NCBI RefSeq assembly: GCF_001194135.2 | Contig: NC_068984.1 | Span: 1,476,377-1,540,376 of the forward strand | From: Octopus bimaculoides | Taxonomy: Eukaryota | Length of the DNA stretch: 64,000 nucleotides | Direction of reading: 5' to 3' | In this document: positions 50,401 through 59,400 of the stretch, piece after piece | How the letters are laid out: each line of letters opens with the position of its first letter | Numbering within the stretch: position 1 is the first letter of the stretch | Made by a program: the position numbers and the translations under genes | The notes under the pieces: generated by a model | What the model was told of the DNA's origin: nothing | Database searches by the model: none | What the model saw: only the letters and a program-made list of their open reading frames with translations

Positions 50401-53400
50401 GAAATGTATGTCATGATGCATCCAAATAATCTGAGTTGAAGAAACAGAACAATAAAAGAATTATATCACGCAATTAAGAGACCCATTTGCCCAATCCCAG
50501 ACAAAACCAAAATCATCAATGTCCCCATTGTGACTTCCTAACAGAATCCATCTCTGGACTCAAATTACATTCATGCATCATCATTGTCATTTAACGTCTG
50601 TTTGCCATGCTGGCATGGGTTGGACAGTTTGACTGAGGACTGGCAAGCCAGAAGGCTGCACCAGGCTCCAATCTGATCTGGCAAGGTTTCTACAGAGGGT
50701 GTGACCAGAAAAGCCTCCCACATTTCACAAGGCCATTACTGTGGCAGTAGTCAAGTTCGGCACGTGGTAACAGTGTCTGGCAGGGAGCTTAGGTTTTACC
50801 ATTTCCTTTCATTAGTTAGCATTACGGTTTGGACCAGTGCATATCATACATTTGCTTTGGAAATGTTTATCAAGAATGGTAATCTGATGGGGTTTCTTCA
50901 CTGAAACCATGTAGTAGTGATAGAAGAAACAAAGAGAGAAAACATGTAGCAGTGATTGCTGTATGTTGGTGAGTGAATCACTGCCAATCAATCAAATGAT
51001 CTTTTCATGTAGTCAAAGATGAGAAATTAATAATGTACTGAAATAGTGTGTGCTTAATATATCTAATATATCATCTAATAATACACTTAAATAATCTCTA
51101 ATATATTTAGTAATACATCTACATAATACAGATTAAATGTCTATCATATACAACAATATACTTTATATCTAATAATATATTCAATTAATAATATATCTAT
51201 ATGTACTTGAATGTATCTTATATAAACGTAATTAATATAACTATGGATTATGTCTAATTATATACTTGAAAATATATCCATATAATATCATTTAATTATA
51301 TATTATGAAATAACTAAACAAAACCTTCCTGTTTATCTGTATGGCAATAATATTTTATTATCATCAAGTTTATAGGCTAGTTTACACACACACACATGAA
51401 CGCATGCATGCACGCACACACACATTCCTTTGGAACAGTTTTTTTTCCCCTCTCTCCTTTATCAAACTATTGTTGTTCTCCTCTCCACTCTGATGGCAAT
51501 CTCTGTTGATTAGTGAATAATTTCTTTAAATAGCTTTACAATGATTTGTTTCTCTGTCAATTCAAGCGGAATGATTCAGCAATGAACAACATAAATGGTT
51601 GAAGGTGTTTCCAGATGAATGGATGGCCTCCCTACTGATAACCAGTGAAGCATGAAACGAGTGACTTTACAGTAATTGATCAAAGCAACTACTTGAACAG
51701 ATATAAAGTAATCGATGAGAAAACATTTGCCTGGGTAACTTATGGCAGAATCATTCAACAGGTTCCATTTAATAAAGCCATTTATCAATGCCAAACAACC
51801 AAGACCAAATCAGAATGTATTATTAAATGTAATCTGAGAGCAAGGAATATATTTATGCCATGAATCAAACCAAAATGACAGGAAACTATTTCTATCTTCC
51901 ACCGCCATTTCACAATAAACAAATTGTACTTTTAAAATTACACTTGTTAAAATTGTACTTTTATCTACTTGGAGTACTTGATTTGGTTTCTTTTAAATTT
52001 TTCAATGGCAAAATATTTACATAATTTCCAACAGAAAGATAAGATTTAATAAGATGACAAACTGTTTGAGTCTAGCATTCAAAATATACTCAGTCAATTG
52101 ATAAAAACATGAGTATCTGTGCAATACTCAGTAAATTACGAAGAGTTCCGTTGATTGAACAACTGGATGTTCCGTGTTGAAATTCTTATGAGAGTCATTT
52201 GACATTTTGTTTATATTTTATGAGGTTTACCCTGACACCCCATCACTCTTCCCAATTCCACCTTCACCATTACCTCTTTCTCTCTCTTTTATGATGAAAG
52301 TAACAATGCAGTTCCCCAACAGCAAGAACCCTCTTCTATTCTCACTCTTCTCTTACTTTAATTCCTTATCTTCCAGCGTAAAACTGTCCCCTTCTCTACT
52401 ATAACTGCCTCCACACAGTTGAAGGGGATTTTAGTCTTGCAGGCTACATGGTAACCTCACAAGTGCTGGTGCCATGAAAAAAAGCACTCAGCACATACTG
52501 TAAAATGGTTGGCATTAGGAAGGGCATCCAGCCATAGAAGCCATGCCAAAGCATATCAGAATAGCATGCTACATTCCTTGGGTCTGTTGAATCCTGTCAA
52601 ACCATCCAACCCATATCAGCTTGGAACATGGACAGGAAATGATGATGATGATGCACTAGTAGGGTTGCCATGCAGCTTGCAAGATTGCGAACCCCATGAG
52701 AGATGACTTTATACTACGAAATAAAAGACTAAAATATGAGAGAAGGCATCAGAGCTGGGCAGGTTTCTTGCTGTAAAGGGGCCACATAGCTACAAAAGCT
52801 TCTTGTCAGTTCAAGGGATTTCACCATGATGATGATGATGATGTAAATAAAGAAACATCAAGACCAATCCCTTAAAGCAGTCAGTTTGAACACTAAGACA
52901 AACAATTTCCGTTCCACTCCTATGTGAAGGGAGGGGAATAAAATATCTTAAAATACGTTTATGTCTAACATAGAATTAACTGAAAATATTGTGTAGAGAG
53001 TAGCATTAATAATGAAACTTTTAGTATTTTGTCCAAAACAAGGACAAAGTGATGCTTGGGAGGAGTTTGTGTTTGGGTGAAAAGTAAGCTGGAAAGAACT
53101 TTGGTCAAGGGAACCAGTCTGAATCAGTTCTCTGATTCATTCTGTCTATAACATGCTTCTTAGCCCTGCAAACTTAAAATTTGGAAAATAATGGCAGGTG
53201 ACCAATGCGAATGTGGGAAGGTCAGAACAATGATTGCCCATTAGACATGGAACACAGATACATCATGTGGAGCTTAGGGTTCAGGTTGATGCAATGGGAG
53301 CGAATTAATAGCAATGAAAGAACACAAGTAGTGGAGTATAGGAAGATAAAGTTTTGTAGGGAAGGTGAATGGTGTAGGAAGAATGATCCAAAATGGGAGG

Positions 53401-56400
53401 TTTCTGTTGAGCTTGATAGTATCACTTGACACTTATTTATCACTGAATGAACTGACCTTGTCATGTAGCACAAAAAGAAAGGAAAGTAGTAATGATGGGA
53501 AGCGAACATCAAAGATGCTTTCCTTAGGAAAGACTGAAAATACAGTGAGTTGGTTGAACACGATGAAAGCAATGGATGGGAGGCAATGGATGGGAGCAAT
53601 GAAAGCAATGGATGGGAGGCAATGTACCTTCCAGTAGAGATTGGGTGCCAGAGTATTTGCTGGAACCAGAGTTCAAACAATGGTGCAGGAGTCTTGGACT
53701 AGCTGCAAAGGAGAGAAAAGATGCTGCCAGAAAGTTGTTGAAAGCAAGAGAGATGACAAGCAGTACAACAAGATCCAGCACTGAGGATGGTAGAAACATC
53801 TGGCCCAGAGTCAACAAAGCTCATGTTGTTATGTGAGAATTCTGTATCACCTATCTTAATGGGTGGCTCCAGGCAGCTCTGATAAAAGGTGCTGAACACC
53901 TGTAGAACTGTATCACTGTCGGATGAAACATTGATTCCTGCATTCAGAGAGGAAGTACAGCATCACTCTTAGCATACAAGTGTTCCTCCCAAGTGAAGAA
54001 TGTCTTCAGGTATTAAATAGAAGATCAGTGTTTAGGTACGTAACTTGCTGAGGGAAAAGTTTAAAAGAGGAGACAGAAAGAGGGGATTTAAGTGAAGCAA
54101 AGCAAGACAGCAGCAATGATGACTAAGGAGTAGATGGACAGTACACAGAATAAAAGACAAACAGACAGAAAAGTAAACATTAAGAGAATCATAAAGAGGA
54201 AAGGGTGGATGAGTAGGCTAGGGGTGGTGTCGGGGAATTTCAGAAAATATGGAATTTTTGAAAGATGCAGTGTTTTAACAGCTAACAACTGATATGAGTG
54301 ATTCATGCTATAAAGTATTTGTTAAAATTATTTATGGACCAAAGCAATGTTAGGTATTTTTCCCCTTGGTCAAAGAATATGAAAGATTCAAAGATTATTT
54401 GTTTCTTTTGCTTTATTCTTTGTTTTATTTATTTTCTTTGCAATAAGGAAACTATTTCAAGAGGAATAAACTCACTTTCTAATAGGGCAATATGTAAGGC
54501 CCAGCCTCCAGGGTTCATGTGACCAACCAACCATCACCAGACCGGTCTCATCAGGAGCCCATCTTACCTACAAAATTAGAAAAAACACAAGAAAAATTAG
54601 ACATATTCAATTCTTGACATTTCCCATAATGACAGAACAATTACAGTTTCCTTTAGTCATTTTGTCTTTTTATAAATCCAGAAAATACTTTAACAAGAAA
54701 ACTTCTACACCAGGAGTTGGCAAAGTGGTCAACACTGACCCCTGGAGGTCTATGTAGCATTAAGGGTTCTGAATTATTAACAGACTGAAGCTGGAGGGGT
54801 GTGGTTAACTTAAAGCTAAAATTCACTACTTTCCAGCCAAACATTAATGCAATTCTGTTGAGTGTAGGGAAAGTCAGAATGCAATATTAACTCATATTCA
54901 CCAAATACGTATTTCACATTAAACATTCTAGTTATATCCGTAATAGGATTGAATTTCATTTAAATATTTTTGTTAAATTTCTTATTAAAAAGTGATAATG
55001 ACACAAAAGAATGAAGGAATTTGTTGATTTTAAATCAAGAAATTTTTTTTTCATTAATTATACTTTTTAATTTTGTTTTAGAAATTATATATGGTTGTAT
55101 CAACAATTCTATGAAGGAGTCAAATGGTATAAGAAGATTGCTGACCCTTGTTCGACATCATGGCTTGACCTGCCGGAATTATTCACCAAATCTTTATTTA
55201 TTCACACCCTATCATCTTAAAGAAGAGGGACACTTTTGGATAATACATTCTTTGATATACTATGCCTAGAAAAAGTGGTATGGATGAAACAGCTTTGGCC
55301 ATTTACCTTGGGCTAAACAATAACATGATCTGTCTCATCATAAGATATGGAATTCATAAAAGAAACAAGAGACTGTTGTGTGAAGTCTGCTGGAGGGGGG
55401 GGGGGGCATCTCCAACTTGCCCCGACTCTTACAATTATTCCCACTTTTTATTTACAAAAAACCCTGTCAAACTTTGTAAATACCATTATTACAAGTGTTG
55501 ATTTAGAGAAGGAATTCCCTCAGAAAGTCTTTGATAGTGTCATAGCAAGCTATGTCTGCAAATCGAAAGACAGCTTATCAATCAAACAGAGATATCTACT
55601 GTTTTATTGAACTTTTTAATCATAACTGATTGAAAATGTTTAAATATGGTAAAAGAATGGAAAGCAAGTGTTGATGGAAATATCTCAAAGAAAAATAAAA
55701 TTCAAAAATTAATGAGTGAAAGTTTCTTACCTGCCCAAGGGATACATCATCTGAAACACAGTCCAACAAACTGATTTCAGGAGTTGAACCTTCTAAATCT
55801 AAGATGGCAACAATTGGATGGTGTTTCCCAACCAACATTTCTCCCCAGTCTTCATGTAAAACATGCTGGTCACCCTGAAATTGTAAGTTATGAGATTTAT
55901 TTTTCTTTACATCTTTATGGTTGTTATGTTCATCTAAAAATGAACTGAATAAAATTAAGAAAAACCTGATGTATTGATTGGGTTAACGTTTTATTGGTTT
56001 AATGTTTTAACAAAACTGAATTTGGACAATTTAAATAAATGACACGGTCTTAAATTCAATCAATGAACTGCAATTTTACTGAGACATTGCTTTCAAAAGG
56101 TTTAACTGACCATATGGCTTCATTAAGAGGTTGTATTCAGGGACAAGAATCACCAAACGAATATGTATTTCCATACTTTTATTATTATATTTAACTGTTT
56201 ATATCTTCTATATAAGGTGTGTTTATATAATGTGGAGGCACATGGCTAAGTGGTTAGAGTGTTGCATTTATGATCTTAAGATTGTAGTTTCAATTTCTGG
56301 ACTAGGTGATGCATTGTGTTCTTGAGCAAAACACTTCATTTCGTGTTGCTCCAGTCCACTCAGCTAACTAAATGAGTATTACGGCGATGGGCTGGACCCC

Positions 56401-59400
56401 ATCCAAGAGAGGGATATATGCACCACAGAATCCAGAAAACTGGCTTTGAAATTTTGTGTTTATAAAATGACTGAAGAATATTTGTGTGCTTCTGTATTAT
56501 CCTTTCCTGTTCAGAACTAAACTCCCACCTAATTATTCCGCCTGCCCAATCCTTCTTCGTTTCCTTCTCTTGTTCAGCAAGAAAGAAAGAAAGAAGATGG
56601 TAATGGCTTGTGTTGTGATGATTTTGTCTGGTTAGTGGCTGCAAAAGATTCTGAGGCAACTGTTTATGAAGATCTGTCCCTTTTGGGGGTTGTGGACAGC
56701 TTCATTGTTTGAGTTACACTCTGATCTTTGTAGGTCAGAAATCTGGAACTGGAGAGGTTCTTGACCTGCAAAAAGACTGGTTTGGTATTGCTAATTCTTA
56801 CTCTTTATGTCTGCAATGGCACCACCTTTTCTGTTATTGATATTGCTCAGCTATATGAAACCCCCAACCACCTCCAGTGGAAAGAAACAGTTTTTTAAAA
56901 GCCAGAAGCGGGTTCTTGTAAATTATTCTTAATTCTCATTTGAAGACATTTTACACCAAATTCTATTTTATGTTAATATTTCTGAAAACAAAAACAACAT
57001 AAGCACAACAATTCTGAATGGTTTAGTCTTAAAAAAAAAAAATCTAACAAAATCTAAGAAATATGTTAGACAATTGTGGCTTTAGGAAAGGCATCCAGCC
57101 ACAGAAGCCAATAACATTATTGCATGTCACAGAATCAATTAGGGTTAACTAGAATAATATAAGGTAATGTAGGGAATTAGAGGCCACTGGGGTAGAAGGG
57201 ATAAGGATGTGGATAGAATAAGAATTATTACACGTAACCCACTGAAGTACTACACCAAGTCTACTTAAATCACACAACTTACTCACATCTCTGGCCCACA
57301 TCTAACAAAGCTTATATTGTAACTGCTGCCGCTACCACCACCATCACTGTGATAATTATTACTCACCCTAGCTTTTGTTTCACTTGGTTTGGTCTCATCA
57401 TCAGGAGTTCTGGAAGTGTTCTTAGCATCAAAGTAGGAAGTTGCTTTGGGCAGTTTTTTCTCCGCAATGTAAACCAACCGTTTTTCAGTGGCCGACCATT
57501 CCAATGAGCCAAATTGGCCTGTAAGGAATGTTTTATTTGATGTACAAGAAACAACAGACAATCCATATTTACAAGATATTATGACACTTCATTAACCAGG
57601 TGGCTGGAATTGGCTAAGGAAGAGGCAAAAAAGAAAAGAAATAGAGAAAAAAATGTAAAAGATATTCTCTGAATATCTCTTACATCTCCAAACTTTGCCC
57701 TACACAGTTTGAGCCAAAATGAAGTGGAATTTTAGATTGATCATCAATAACTAATACGAAATCTTATTCACATTTTCTGAAAAAGTAAAAATGATTCACA
57801 CATCTGTTTGAATAAACTTCATAAACTGCTTCCACTGACCATCTTTTGCAAAACAACTCAAAACATGAAGAAAAAAAAAAAAAAACCCAAACAGTTCTTC
57901 AGTTCCTCAATTCCTTCTTCCACCATCAACCATATTCTTACACCATATTCTTCCACCATCAACCATCTTCATTTCCTCACTGTCATATGTTATGCACTCT
58001 AAAGACAATCTCACCAACTCAACAGATAAATCTGATGGAGAAATTTTCATAAAGAAACTAAAAATGAATTTGCAACTAATTCAAAATCCTCAATGATGGG
58101 TGCTGCTGCTGCTGCCACATAAAACGCACCTGGCACATTCTGTAAAATGGTTGGCTTTAGGAAAGGCATCCAACCACAGAAGCCAAGCCATAACAGATAA
58201 TTGGAGCCTGGGTGCAGCTCTCTGGCCTTGCCAGCTCCTATCAAACAGTCCAATCCATACCAGCATGGAAAACAGACATATGATGACGATGATGATGATG
58301 ATTTTAGTAGACACATTATAATTAATCCTCTGATATACATTATTAAAAAACAACAACAGAAACACTTCCCAACAAGGTCCATGTCATAACGACAGCTTAA
58401 CACATATTGTAGAGAAGAAGAGGGTTTCCCTGGCATTCTGGAAGGCTCTGACTTCTCCCTCTCATTCTCGTTTTAATTCATTCAAACCTTTCTACACAGG
58501 TATACAATATATACATAGCTAGTGGTCGATGCCAGGTCTGCCTGACTGGCTCCCATGCCGGTGGTACATAAAAAGCACCAACTGAATGTGGTCGATGCCA
58601 GTAACCCCAGACTGGCTCCCCCGTGCCAATAGCATGTAAAAAGCACTATCTGATCATGGCTGATGCCAGTACCTCTGGACTGCCCCCCCCACCCATGCCG
58701 ATGGCACGTAAAAAGCACCATCCGAACATGATCGATGTCAGGCCTGGCTGACTGGCCCTCCATGCCGATGGCACGTAAAAAGCACCCACTACACTCTCGG
58801 AGTGGTTGGTGTTAGGAAGGGCATCCAGCTGTAGATACATTACCAAATCAGACTGGAGCCTGGTGCAGCCGCTGGCTCTCCATATAGTAAAAGATAAAAG
58901 ATACATATAGACATACTTTGGATACAGGCGTACATATATAAATACATACATGCATACATACATATACACATACATACACACACACATAATATGTAAAACA
59001 GTGTTGACTATGAAACAAAAATTCCTTTCAACTCACCATCGGGTTCATAAATTTTCCCATGAATTTCCTTGGAGAGGGCATCAATATTCCAGATTTTCCG
59101 TGTTTTCTCCCAGATCTGTTAAAGTTGCAGAAAACATGGTGAAAGATATTCCAAAGTTTATGAATATTTAAGTTATTCAAGAGATTTATTGAGGTTTTAT
59201 ACTAGCAGACCTACCAATCTAAGATGGGAAATGAAAGAAGGGTGGAAAATACGAACAACTTTAAGTATGGCATGGGAAATGTAACAAAATATAAATAACG
59301 GTTGGTTCTGATTATACTTATGCATAGCTTTACATGGTACATATTCATGATATTATTACATTTAAAAAACCTCTTTGTAAACGATATTCTGTGTTTGATT

